From NCBI GenBank assembly GCA_964035545.1, contig OZ037769.1, positions 10,446,633-10,510,632 of the forward strand: DNA of 64,000 nucleotides, read 5' to 3'. A program made the position numbers and the translations under genes. Each line of letters opens with the position of its first letter. Within the stretch, counting starts at the first letter, position 1. Shown in pieces: positions 13,801 through 27,159 of this stretch. The DNA is from Bugula neritina. Its lineage: Eukaryota > Animalia > Bryozoa. A model generated the notes under the pieces. It was not told where the DNA came from. It saw only the letters and a program-made list of their open reading frames with translations, and searched no databases.

Positions 13801-15844
13801 AAGTACACTGTTAGTGTAAGTGTATTGTTCTGTACATGTATTGCTAGTGTAAGTATATTGTTAGCGTGAGTATACTGTTAGTGTGAGTGTATTGTTGGTG
13901 TAAGTGTACTATGAATGTAAGTGTATTGTTAGTGTAAGTGTATTGTTAGTGTAAGTTTACTGTGAATGTAAGTGTATTGTTAGTGTGAGTGTATTGTTGG
14001 TGTAAGTATATTGTTAGTGTAAGTATATTGTTTGTGTAAGTGTATTGTTAGTGTAAGTGTATTGTTAGTGTAAGTGTACTGTGAATGTAAGTGTATTGTT
14101 AGTGTAAGTGTATTGTTAGTGTAAGTGTATTGTTATTGTGAGTGTATTGTTAGTGTAAGTATATTGTTAGTGTAAGTATATTGTTAGTGTAAGTATATTG
14201 TTAGTGTAAGTGTATTGTTAGTGTAAGTGCACTGTTAGTGGGTTGTGATAAGGTTACTTGGTAGACATGTTTTATCATTTATGTAGACTGTTGCTACTTC
14301 TTTTCGTAGTGTCTCTAACTCACATTCAGATAAGTTTTATTGTCTCTGGTTCTGACTGTAGAATCTACATCACTCTGTAGTTTATGACTCAGAAGCATCT
14401 CGTTACTCTGTATGTAATATATTTCTATGTTCACAGAAACTAGTGGATGACCTTGACATCCAGCACACCTGCGCTCTGGTTGAGTTCCTCAATTCAGATG
14501 TAGATATTAAGATTACGACAGGTGCGTATCATTTCACAGTGTGCCTTCTCTTTCCTCATTGTTCTGTGTGCTTCTTGTGATGTGAATTCTGTATAATATA
14601 TAATTAGGCTACATGTAGATTTGGTGAGAGTTTTTAACTTGTTTTTGCTGTTTTCTATCTCTTGAGAAATCTTTCCTCCCTGAATCATACTGTGTTGTCA
14701 CATGGTTGAATACTGAGTCATACTGTGTAGTCAGTTAGTCAAATACTGAGTCATACTGTGTAGTCACATAGTTAAATACTGAGTCATACTGTGTAGTCAC
14801 ATAGTTAAATACTGAGTCATACTGTGTAGTCACTTAGTTAAATACTGAGTTATACTGTGTAGTTGCATAGTTAAATACTGAGTCATACTGTGTAGTCACT
14901 TAGTTAAATACTGACTCATAATGCATTATGTCTTGTTTACAGTTGAACTGATTCTGAAATCTCTACTCAACTTCCTGTCAGCCAATGAGGAGGTTGGTAA
15001 CATTTAATAAAATAGATACAAGTATCACGTCTCATTCTGCATATATTTTGTAGTATAACTCCTTTAAATGAAAAGTTAAGCATTTTATTCGAAGAGTTTA
15101 TGCTACTTGAAGCTGTTAGTATTAAAGTGTTAAAGTGATTTGAACCGCGCCATTTCAGAGTTGTGTGCCCATGGCAGCTGATTTTGTTCCACTGTTTAGA
15201 TATAATTCTTGAGTGTGGTTAGCTTGCTTCTGATGTGCTGGTCTAGTTCAATAAATATTTGAGAAAATGCAGCCAGCTGGAATTTCTAGCTTTATACCTT
15301 AAGTTCTTCATTTTTTGTTCTTTGGGTCATTTGAAAACTTGTCTTATGATGTTATTATTCTATCATAGGTTGTATTATTATTACATGTGGTTATAACTGT
15401 AGTGGATATAATTATGATTATCAATGGCATACTATATATCTTAAAATTCATTTCCTTGGGCATATAACTTTGAAAATGTATTTATATTGTTGCTGGAATA
15501 TTGGGAAATGAATGTAATTAGTCAGTCATGATTTCAGTAAGCATTATGCATGTATTGGTAAGACAAAATTGTTGTGTTTCCAGCATCAGTTTATGCTAAG
15601 GTTTTCACGCAAGTTATATCCTGTAGTTAGCGGTTTAAACCACTGTGTTATTTACCAAATATTTGCTGGATATGCATGTTGCTTAGCAACACTACTCTTC
15701 TCATAAATGCTTTTATTTCAGGTTCGAGCACTATCATTCACTATTGGACTAAACCCTCAGAAATATTCAAAGCTGTTCCAGTCATCAGAGAATAGGGAAC
15801 TGATGTCTTTAGTCAGCAAGCTGGAGAGTTTGAATGTGGCCTGA
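7815..15844 (+). CDS. DESI1: Desumoylating isopeptidase 1 (PPPDE/C97 peptidase) with a long C-terminal extension, 440 aa
   Basis: 11 phase-consistent GT-AG exons: 7815-7893, 8954-9045, 10025-10134, 10975-11097, 11808-12027, 12773-12896, 13218-13375, 13555-13713, 14437-14521, 14943-14992, 15722-15844 (1323 nt). Motifs [18 protein letters not shown] (catalytic His), [12 protein letters not shown] (catalytic Cys) and [16 protein letters not shown] match DESI1. AATAAA at about 16313 and 16341. Confidence 0.92.
12325..12752. repeat. 22-bp minisatellite (CAGTATAATATGCAGTGTAATA)n, about 19 copies
   Basis: Tandem array in DESI1 intron 5, ending about 20 bp before the acceptor at 12772. Confidence 0.95.
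13714..14240 (+). repeat. 17-bp minisatellite (GTAAGTGTATTGTTAGT)n, about 31 copies
   Basis: Starts exactly at the DESI1 exon 8 donor. Confidence 0.95.
14681..14920. repeat. 33-bp minisatellite (AAATACTGAGTCATACTGTGTAGTCACATAGTT)n, about 7 copies
   Basis: Tandem array ending about 20 bp before the acceptor at 14942. Confidence 0.93.
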
Positions 15845-17031
15845 GCTAAGTTTTCTTAACTCACTGAAAGGTGACAACTCCTAGTGTGAACTGATGCTTT
15901 CTAAGTGTCAGCTGGTATCAACTGATACTATCTAAGTGTCAACTAATGCTTTCTAAGTTATTACAGATTGTTTTTTAGGAATGTTATATTTTCGTGATTT
16001 CGCCACTATAAATTACTTTAATATATTTTTTCTACAGATTTTCAGTTTAATCTTTTAGACAAAGTTGATCAATTATGATAAGAAATATGATTCACCTCTC
16101 ACTTTTCTAAGACGAAATTATTTTGAAAGAGAAACTGGTGATATTTTTTCTAGTAAGTTTACATAGTATGCTCCTGTCACCTTAGTATTAGACTACTGCA
16201 GTTATTTATTATATTATGTACACTTTCATCAAATGGCCGTCACTCAGAATGTTTCAGTATTTAAATATTTTGATTTTGAGGAATTAGCTCATGGAGATGT
16301 ACTTGTCACTGAAATAAATGAGGCAGTTTGCAATTTTATGAATAAATGCTAACAAGATCTTTTTCTTTCAATCGTAAGTTTATGGTGAACAATTATAGAG
16401 TTGGTAAGCAACCTAATTCAAGTTTTGCAATCATAAGTAAAATTATAAAAAATACTACAAATTACATATAAAGAATAAAATTTCAGGATGAAGCATATAT
16501 TGCTGAAACAGTTACATAAGAATATACTAGTATTAGTCATATATGTGTGCGAGTATAGGTTTAAATAGGCAGCAACACTCAGCAAAACATTTGGAAAATA
16601 AGTTTAAAATAGTTTGGCTTTATTCAAACTATGCCAAGTTGGGATTTATTTATTCTCCAAAAGACAAGCAGCTAAGGTTTTTGGAATTGTATATCATAAA
16701 TAAATATACCTATCAAATATGTCAGCACGTTATTTTCAATCACCTCAAAAATTTTGCAGGCACTGTAGAGCTGATTTTGTATTGAATGAATAATAAAAAA
16801 ATTCAATAATGCTTTTAATTGTATGCTCTTACCATCTCTTGAAGCAGTTACCAACATTATGCTACTAGTGCTACTTTGATAACTCATTGAGTAGTCCTAG
16901 TGTGGTTGGCAATTAGGTTACTAGCGCAATAAGAAAGAAGGTTACTATTGCCTGTGCCCTAGGAAAGTTGGTAGTTACTGCCCATATCAGCTAGGAGTAG
17001 AATGTGTCCTCCAGCATAGAACCAGGTGTAG

Positions 17032-20000
17032 TTACTGCTTATGCCTTCTAGTAGTAGGAGGAGTGAAACCTGTTTCTGAGAGCATAGACTGCTTTCTTGA
17101 TGTTTCATCTGTACTGATTTTTCTGCATGAGCGGTATAATCGTTTGAAGGCTATTTTAAAGTCTCTGTTGAAGAACCCATAGATGATTGGATTCATGCAA
17201 CTATTGAAATATCCAATCCAAAATACAAGCGTCACTATCCATTGATACTTTTTCCTTGGGCCCTCCAAAGAGCATTTCTTAGGACATATGCCAAACGTAA
17301 TGGTATACCATATGAATATCGGAGACATGCATGCTAAAAAACAGCCCATTATTATTCCCAAGGTCTTGGCAGCTCTGTGTTCTTTTCTCATCTTTTTCAT
17401 TTGTTTCACATCTTTTTGAACGGATAACTTATTTCCGTTCTGAATAGGAGCTAAAATTATGTTTTCGTTGCCATTGTGTTGTTGGTTAAGGTGGAGATTG
17501 TCATTATAATCAATGCTTTTTAAACCTTCAGGTGTTTGAGCTTCCTCGGACCAATTCTCACTGCTCGACTCTTTTGCCATTATTGGCTGCGTGGCGCTAC
17601 CGTTACTGCTGAGCATTGGCTCTGACAGGTCGTCTGAGTGCGGCAGCGGTGGCCTCATCAGAGACTTAATATGCCTCTCTTGTTTTCGTGCTGTACTTAA
17701 TATCCTTTGATACAAGACCACCATCACAGTGCTAGGTATCCAGAATGATACACTAGACGATACGAAGGCATACGGCTGTGATACTTTAAACACGCACATT
17801 CTTCCATTACTTCTGAGTTCTGCCAGATGGTCTGGGGTGGCGTACCAACCTTTGAAAATTGGCAGAAATGATAAGAGACCCGAGAGAATCCACGTAGCTG
17901 CTATCATCAAAATGACCTTGAACTTTGTCATTGCTCTATCATAGAGAAATGGGTGCAGTATAGCTATATATCTACAATTTATAACATTAAATAGTGCGTC
18001 AATCACGAACAATGTAACAGGTTGTATGGATGTAACCACATACAGTAGCATTACTGTCAATATGTAATCAACAGGTTTATATAAAAACTGAACAGTTCCA
18101 AAGTTAAATGCAATGGTTAAAGAAAAAATGTACTAAGGCCTAAAAATTATATTTTATTTTGATTATTAATGTTAGTTTCACAAATATAATCATTATTGAT
18201 ATCCAAAATGTAAAAATTTTCACTTTATAATGAAAGCATAATCTCAGTTTAGAAATGTCTATTTTCTTCAAGCTTGATTTTGAATAAATATATAATATAT
18301 ACACAAATAACTTTTAACTATAAATATGAACTTTCAAAATTTATTGGGGGCTATCTTCCTTATTACTCAGCAAGACCTGCAGCTTCAAAACAATTATCCT
18401 CAACATTTTTTCAACTTTAAGTAAAGCATATAATCAGCAAATCAAAAAATGTGTTGTGCTACCTATAATATTTTATAGGAAATCTAAGAGTGATTTTAAA
18501 AAACTTTGAAAAATTGAATAATTTGTAGAGAAGTCACTTTCAAAGCATAAAAATAATCAAATTATTAGGCAAAATATTTAATACTGAAAATTGGTGGTTG
18601 CTGTGTATTTTTTCATGCAAAAATAATTTTAAAATGTTTTCACAGTATCTGCTCCTAGTTATTATTGTTCCTGATGTACTTAACTAGTCTTTGATAAGTT
18701 AAATATGTTCTATCCATAAGGGCTATTTACTTTGCTGTGCAATAAAGATTATTATTTTTCATCTGTTTCATTTTTGGATCTGCTGTTATTAGCTTTATAA
18801 GACTTATACTTTGATATACATTGCTCCCTCCATATCTCACAGTTCCATTTCTTCACGAAATTTCATGCTTGTATAGAGACTTAGTGAGATACAGAGGGAG
18901 CACTGTATTTACTAGTTAATCAAGCAAATTTATCTATCTTTATATATGATGCCATAGTTAGTGTGAAAGGTTTTTTGTAGCTTTACTATCACCTAGTAAT
19001 GCACATCTTTGAAATCTGCAAGTTACGATGCTGTGGCTAGCAATATTTGCACAACCTACGGTTTCTAAAAATAAGTTTCTAGGAAGTAGTTCAGCTTTGC
19101 ACAACTTCTAGGAATAAATGACAAGCCTTCTTGTTTCTGTTGTGCTGCACTATTTGCATAAATTGGTAAATACTGGTATGCAGTGTAATGCTATAGTTAC
19201 ACATTTCTTGCATGGTTCACAATTTTATCAAAAATATCAATATGACAGTTGAAAATTATAATAAGTTTGATAGAGCAATGTATACTACAATATAGTTAAC
19301 ATTAGTTTACAAGTCATAGCTTTAATTGTATAATTTTTCTGCATAATTTGCTATGATAACAAATTCAGATTATGCATTTCCCTTTGTTTTAGAAAGTTAT
19401 ACATAATTATAATTTGATATAAATCGAAGTTCTAAATTGTTTTCACAACTGGCTGAGATTAAAAGCATTTTTGGGCACAAAATATTATTTTCAATCATAA
19501 TGATAACAGAGTGTCCTTCACAGGCAAAGTAAGAGCTAATCTATTTCCAACATGTTACAATCAAAGAAGGCTTTGCACCCGCAACTATATACTAATCTAG
19601 GATTCTATTGTTTTGTCTTTGCTGGTATGGATGGGCTGAGGCAAGTAAGCATTGTCATGATAATGGAGACTTGATAGTTAGTGTTGAACATTTCTAAGGT
19701 ATGACTTGGGTCAAGCTCCACTTTATAGACATACTATGATCCTATTCTGGCAAGGCAGTACAGCAGAAATATAATGTATTTGTGTCAAGATCAATGACCA
19801 ATCATTGGGTATTAACTGTTTTGTTTCATCTTCAATTTACAATTTATCAAATTTATGGAGATACGAAAGATGCAGTTGGCCCGGTACCCCAAGGGACTAG
19901 CCTTTTCTCTCTTGTAGCAAGTAGGTGCTCTACTATAAATCTGTATCTTTGAATCATTAACTCATTTCTGTTAGCATTATAGATGTCTTCCATTCTCTGC

Positions 20001-23000
20001 CTGATGGCCACTTACTTAATTATCGAGATGGCCCTTCAGACTCTCAATACTATCAAGTGTGCTGCAGGTTTTTGTCCAGACACAGTCAAGGAAAATTTGT
20101 CACATGACAGGCAGCCTGGAGGTATAGTTGGTGACTTCAGTGACACTTCAACTATTCAAATAGTTAGCAGTAGTTGTAGTGGCAAAAAGACACCAGATAG
20201 ACAATACATGTGTGGGAGAATTAATTTTTATTACAAATAGCTGCTAATGAACTTCTGCCCAAGTAATCAAATGCAAACAGTTTAACTATAAACTTTTGAC
20301 AGGAATAAAATTCAATTAAATAAATTGTCTTTTCCCAATTTTTTAAGCTTGAGTGTACCATTTCATAAGTTTGATTGCTATCTGCAAGTTGAAACTGGCA
20401 TTATTCATAGCACTAATTTATAACCTCCCTGGTTGATGACGAATTGTATCCCAACTATCCTCAATGATTGATCAAAAAGAACAAAGATATATAATTCAAT
20501 TTGAATGCTTGGCAAAGCTAATTATGAAACATATAGTATACGTAATTAAAGAGAGTCTGCTAGCCTTTATTTATAGGATCTTCTTCATAATAATCAGCCT
20601 AATTGATTTATAAAACTTATAATTTAATTATAATTTAATATAACTGGATTTTAGATAATCAATAATCATACATCAAGTGTATGCATGATTGAAACTCTGG
20701 TTGATGCAGATGGTACAAAGTGCTATCAAATAGTATAAAAGGGGGATAATGCTATAAGTATGTACATGCAGGCATCGGTCTCTTTCTGTAGACATCATGG
20801 ATAATTCTGAACCGTGTGTAGTCGAACGATCGGCACTTTGAGCTCTAACTAAGTTCCATATTTGTATCAGCCACCAAGACCAATCCCATCAGATCAAAAC
20901 TCATTACAAACTAGATTACTAGAATTAAATTAGTTCGGCACAACTCAATAAGCCTATTCACCGTAGTATGAATAAAACTATAACAACCCAGTTCCTACAG
21001 CTGCCATGCAGTTTTCTTGATTAATAAAATATAGGCTATTCGTGATGAGTAAATTCATAGCAATTCTTTCATTGTTTCCTCGCTTTGATGTTCACATTAC
21101 TGTTTTAGAATTTCCATGCTTGAATAAATTAATCAAAAATGAAAAATAATTATTGCATTTATGACTCATAAAACATTGGTTTATGAACTGCAGGGAACAG
21201 TTGAAACTTATAACCACAAGCTGAAACTAGAGTGGATGTTTGCCTCGCTATTACCACTGAATAATAACCAAAATGTTGAGCCTAGAAATGTTTTCTAAAA
21301 TCCAAGGTTACTTTCGCCTAATAAATATGAATACTGAGTTTAAAGCGGTTTAATAAAATTACTGAAAATGTTGGAAGCACTTGTGCAAGATGGAGGAGTG
21401 CTCCATCATTGCTCACATTCTATATAATATAAGGGTGATTAATTACATAATGACGGAATTATTAAATTCACTGCAAAACAATTGGAATAATGTTTGCAAC
21501 TCTGAAAAAATTATAGAAAAGTTTAACTTTTTTAACAAGTATGAAATTTAGATATAATTGTAAGCAATTAGCTTTACTAGCATCAATTTAGTCTAGTCTC
21601 TGTTTTAGAACATATCTATCTATATTTGCTGTTAATTCTAGCAATGCCAAATAACATCTTAAGATGTTCTAGCTAATATGCTATTCACAGGCTAAAACTA
21701 CATTATAAACTAAAAAAGAAATTTTTCTCTGCTATTGAATCCTTGTTATATAGCCTTGAAATATGATGGGGGAAACTTATGCAAAACACAAATTATTATT
21801 TGGCTAGATTGCGGTTTGAAGCAAGTGAGACTTAATTTTAAAAAATAGGTGATTTTAAGTGCTACAGCTCTGCAATCGAATCGATATCATGCAAAAAAAT
21901 TACAAGTTTAAAATTTCTCCATATTGCAAACTTAGTATGGTGTTCTATAGCAATAACAAGACAAAAAATTATCTTGTAAGCCCGTGCAAGGTATTTGCTA
22001 AAGACTTGTAAAGTTTTAGTTAGCTTGTTTCTAATGGTATAATTGTAATAGTTTGAACTATTCATGAAAATATGCATGAGTGCTAAGCTCACCGCATCTA
22101 TAAATTTAGTAAAAAAACAACTTTAATTTATGGCTAAATAGCATAAATTGTTTTTTAATAAAAGTTTTTTCGCGTAGTCATCAGTTTGAGTTAGCCTGTG
22201 AAACATTGAAAAGTAATAATGAATGTGTGTTTAGATAAAGCTTAGCAGCTCCATATGCCATCGTATCATGGAGCTACATATGTTGCTGACAAACTTCTTT
22301 GTCTTGAATGACAAAGATATAGAAAACTGAACAAAGACAGATATGAAAGACAAAAATAAACAATTTAAAACATCTTTTTTTTCAAAATTAGGCAACAAAC
22401 AGTATTTTTAAAAATTGTTTTCACATGTTGTTTTAATAATATGCCACATGTTTCTGAATTCAGATTTAGGCATAACATCAACATCAGGATTTATCACCCG
22501 TGCATCTCATGTGTTTTGATAAACATTCTGATAGAAAACTTTATTCAAATTTGCTGGAAATTTACATTGACTTGAGCATTAGCAACAAATAAAAATATTC
22601 ATATAATGACAATGATTTATAAATGTTTACTATTCTTCTTAAATTTTAGAAATGTGCAAAGTGTTTTGTTTTTTATGTTTCAGTGCCTTCTCAATATTTT
22701 TTAAAAAACAGTTACCCTAGTGCTAAGTATCTTTTTGTCTCCAATTAGCCTGCATGTAGATATTTGTTATATACCCAACATATTATTGGTCAATGCTAAA
22801 AAGTCTAGTCTTTCATTAGAAAAAAACTGAAACTGTTTTTATCCAATATGAACTAATTCTAAATTGAGATCAAAATTAAAAATTGATTTAATTGCAAATA
22901 ATAATCATAGTATAATACAGAAATTGAATAATGAAGTAATAGTGTTCTCATACCACATACATTTCTAGTGTCATTTATTAAAACAATTGTGTTCAAGTGC

Positions 23001-26000
23001 TTTGCCTAATTTATGATTATTTTAAATTAATTTTTGACCAGCATTTGCAACAAAAAGAACACTGCTAAAACATGCTAAATAATCAACAAGTTCAGTAAAT
23101 AACACTTAATAAACTATTTATCTGCTACAGTATCATCTTACATATGTTCATATTCTACTGCCAATGTTTGGTAACAACAGGGTTCTTGAGTACAACTCAT
23201 TCAACAAATATGTCTATAAAGTCATATTTTATTACAGTCAAGCACTTTGTATGGTGCAATTTGTGAGCAAAGTTATTATAAAATAAACTTTTAACTTATT
23301 TTTTATTTTCCAAACAGCATTATTTTTATGCTAGCCTAGATTTTTCAAAAGGTCATATACTTGAACTAGTTAATTTTTTACCTACAGGAAGTTCACATTC
23401 TAGTTATATTATCATTCACATGGCAATACCTGTCACAGCTGATACAGCAGAGATGAAGTAGAGAAGCCGTTGAGTAAAAGACATCATTAGAATTAAACAG
23501 GTTACACATCGGAAGACCAAACATCCAGCTTCCCATCATTTCGTTGTACATGTTGAATGGCTGCACCATCAACCCTGAAACATTACGTATATAGTATATG
23601 AAATAGTCACATTGTGTTAGGTGGTGCTATAGCTGATGTTAGGTGGTGCTATGTAATGCTAGGTGGTGGTAGGGGATGCTAGGTGATGCTAGGTGGTGGT
23701 AGGTAATGCTAGGTGATGCTATATGATACTAAATGGTAGGTAGTGTTAGGTGATGTCAGGTGATGCCAGGTGATGTTAGGTGATGCCATGTGATGTTAGG
23801 TGGTACCAGGTGATGCTAGGTAGTGCACCATTAACTGTGCTGAGCCAGCAGTTCATGTAAACTCAAAGTTAAACAAAGCCATCTAGCAGCCATTTATTGT
23901 AGTACTTATTTTCTATAATCTAAAACTTGCTCAAGCTGTTCACGTTCACTCATTTGAGAATAAGTTTGAATATACCACATAATATATTCATATAAAAAAT
24001 TATGTGCACAGAATTATTTATTGTCACCATTTTACTGACCAATAAAAATGTTTTTATCACATGCAATTTAGGTAACATGTTTTACTAGTGTGACTTCTAT
24101 AAAGTATTGAAGTAGTCATGTAACAGTTTCCAGCATATAATTATTTTTTGTCTAAGTTAAATATTAGTTTAAATTTTAAATATCAAACTTGAAGTTACCA
24201 CCTGTTAAATAAAAATCTGGATAGTGACAGTTTTTAAATTTAGCCTGCATATTTAATAATTATGAAAAGTAGAAAAATCACAAAATTTTGGAATGCAAAA
24301 GATACAAAAAATTTTATAATTGCATAATGTTTGTACATGTGAATATTAGCTAATATATAAATTTCAATTTTATTGGTAAGAATTCGCTGTAGTAGCTGCA
24401 AGTCAGGAAAATATATTCTGTATACTGAGGTTTACAATGGCCGATAATGCTTCTTTCTTATTTAACATTCTATGTGTTTGTTTAAGTGAAACAGAGCTCT
24501 CCACATGTTAGATTTCAACAAAGCATATGCTTTTAGTTTGCACAGGCCAACACATATGTGCTGGGTATTATTCTGTATGAGTCATATTAAACTTGTTATT
24601 AGAAAAGTCAAACTTGCCATGATAAAATAAAATAACTTTCTACAAAGTAAATTCAAGTTTTACGCTAAGTATCGTTGTTTTATTTTAATAAAAAAGCTTG
24701 ATATTTTAGCAAAGAATTTATTATATGGCTACTAAAATAAAAGAAATTTTGTTAAAAAATTAAAAAAAGTAGTTAGTTAGCTGCTGAGCATATTGCAGGT
24801 TCCACTTCAACTATTTGAAAATATATTGTGAAGATGTTAAGGAAAACTATCAAAACTCTAAATTTAAATAGGCAACATAGAATTGTATTAAAATTTTGAA
24901 ATGCATTTCAAAGGCGCAGCTTCCTTTTGAACTAAATTGAGATTTGCTGTTCTGAAAATAATGTTTATTAATTTTACTATATGCCTAAATTTACAAAGAT
25001 ATAAACTATTGTTTAATTTTATAGATAAAAGAATTGTGAGAGCTTTTTTATAACTAATATCAGCTTTATTGACTAAAAAAAAGTTTCAACATTAATTTTT
25101 TTTAGTACTGCTTTTGTTGCGGTAGCTAGCAAAGTTGATTTTAGAACAGTGAGTGACACGTGACATGCCTGATGCTATAGTCATGTTTGCAGTAAAGTAA
25201 AATAATCATTCTGTATTATCTATTTGCTTATAGAAAGTTTGTATTAGACATAAGTTGCAAGAAACATTATAGTAATAAATTGTTTTATTATTTATTTGTT
25301 CCATATTTTTTTAACAGGAAATATATTTTCTGAGACTAAATTGAAGTTATTAATTAAATGGCTTTATTAAATATGCTTGGCTATTACCAACACAGTAGCT
25401 AGCATATATTAGAAGTAGTACAGTAGATACTGTAGAGTGTAGTATTACTATACAAAATAAATGATATATAATTGTAGTTTGTTATATACAGTACATTAAA
25501 CAGCAGTACAGTAGATAGTATGATTATAGGTGATCTATATTATTAATTTAGTATACAGCATTACAGTAGCACAACATATAGTATTACTATAGAGTATAGA
25601 TGGTATATATTAGCTTGGTATACAGTATTACAGTAGGCTGGTGGGACAGTTAAGAAGGTATTGATCATAGTAACTTCTTGTCATTCTAAAAATATAGATC
25701 GTGTACTTTGGATAAGTAAATCTAATTCATTTGGAAATATAAGGCACTATGAGCTGTTCCAGCATTAAATTGACCTTCACATTGACTTAGGTAGTACATG
25801 TACATGTATATACACGTACATGTACTGTACATGCAAATGTACAGTATATGTAGAAGCAACAGTCAGTTGTATAGACACTCTGTAACAGCTACTTACCCAC
25901 AAGTAGATCAGCCACGGCCAACGACACTATGAAATAGTTGTTCATGGTCCGAAGATTGCGAAACTTGCACACTGCAGTAATAACCAGAGAATTACCCAAT

Positions 26001-26173
26001 ACAGTTGCTAAAATCATCAGCGCCATGGCGGCTCCCTTGAAGATCTTAAGTGGCAAAGAATTGGTGTTGAGATGAGTTGCATTGTCGTATGATTCTGTAG
26101 AGCTGTTCAGCATTGCAACGGTTGCGTTGAGTAGCATCGTAATATCTGAAACGTTTGTCTGTGTTTGTAGCAT
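17032..26173 (-). CDS. Aminergic class A GPCR, octopamine beta (beta-adrenergic-like) receptor type, 453 aa
   Basis: Exons 26173-25897 (phase 1), 23574-23430 (phase 2) and 17971-17032. TM1 GNSLV; TM2 [10 protein letters not shown]; TM3 [23 protein letters not shown] (amine-binding Asp, DRY); [10 protein letters not shown]; TM5 [13 protein letters not shown]; [14 protein letters not shown]; TM7 [15 protein letters not shown]. These are characteristic of OctbetaR proteins. Confidence 0.9.
23612..23822. repeat. Degenerate 10-bp repeat (TAGGTGATGC)n
   Basis: Visible array about 37 bp from the GPCR exon 2 acceptor. Confidence 0.85.
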
Positions 26174-27063
26174 TGTACCTTGAGGGTAAGAGTGCTACTC
26201 TAGAAGGTGCTTCTTGACACAATTGAGATCGAGCAAACTTTTTCTTTTTCTTCTTTCACTACCAAACAAAAACCCAACATGGTGTGTAAGCATAGAGACG
26301 ACGTAGATACAAGCCCACGATCACCTTAGATGTGGGTATCCATATAATGTACTAAAAGTTCTCCAATAAACTTGACTTTATCAAATTACGTTGAATAACA
26401 TCTTCAGTCTGCAAAGTGTTTCTAGCCGGCCTTTCACAAATCAGCATCAAAAAGTGTATCTACTTAATCTATTATTCAACACATGTTACAGCTACCTCTT
26501 GTCAAAACACAACCCACTGCTCATTGGTTAATACTTGATAGTATCTGTTTCCTGACACCTCATAGGCTCGTATTTCAGCAACTTATGAATCTTCAAGTGT
26601 AATAAAGCTATCCTTTACTTTATCTCTAATATTATGTTTATAACATCAAATGGACCGAAGTAATAAGCAGTACCCCTGTTCCAGGATACTAATAAATTAT
26701 AGGACACATGGGACTATCAATATCTACAATTTTATACAAACTGTACTATTATACTACCTATTAAAGATTCTCTGACATTTATATTTATGCATTGTTAAAT
26801 TATTTGCATGCATACTATATATTGGATATCTTGGACTGTATGCTCTATTCCAATAACTGTATCTGTGATTGTATATTATACTTACAGACATACATTTACT
26901 ATGCTGAAATATGTTTACCCTTAATGCTATAATGCTATAATGTGTTATTTGTAGCATAGTTATTGTTAAGTATTTAACATAATTACACACTATATGTACA
27001 ACAAGTTACATAAGAATGACAACTTGTGAATAACAACTGGCAGCTGAAATCTCACTTTGCAAA

Positions 27064-27159
27064 TTGGGTCATGTTAAATACTAACTATTTGGGTCATGCT
27101 ACATACTAACTATTTGGGTCATGCTACATACTAACTATTTGGGTCATGCTACATACTAA
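27064..27159. repeat. 25-bp tandem repeat (TTTGGGTCATGCTACATACTAACTA), about 4 copies
   Basis: Visible tandem copies. Confidence 0.9.

Noticed and set aside
17972-18060. N-terminal 29 aa of the 342-aa GPCR ORF
   Set aside because: Intronic; the exon starts at 17971 and completes the DRY motif.
19500-22300. Short ORFs and GC-richer patches in the GPCR intron, as a possible nested gene
   Set aside because: No consistent exon chain or protein motif found.
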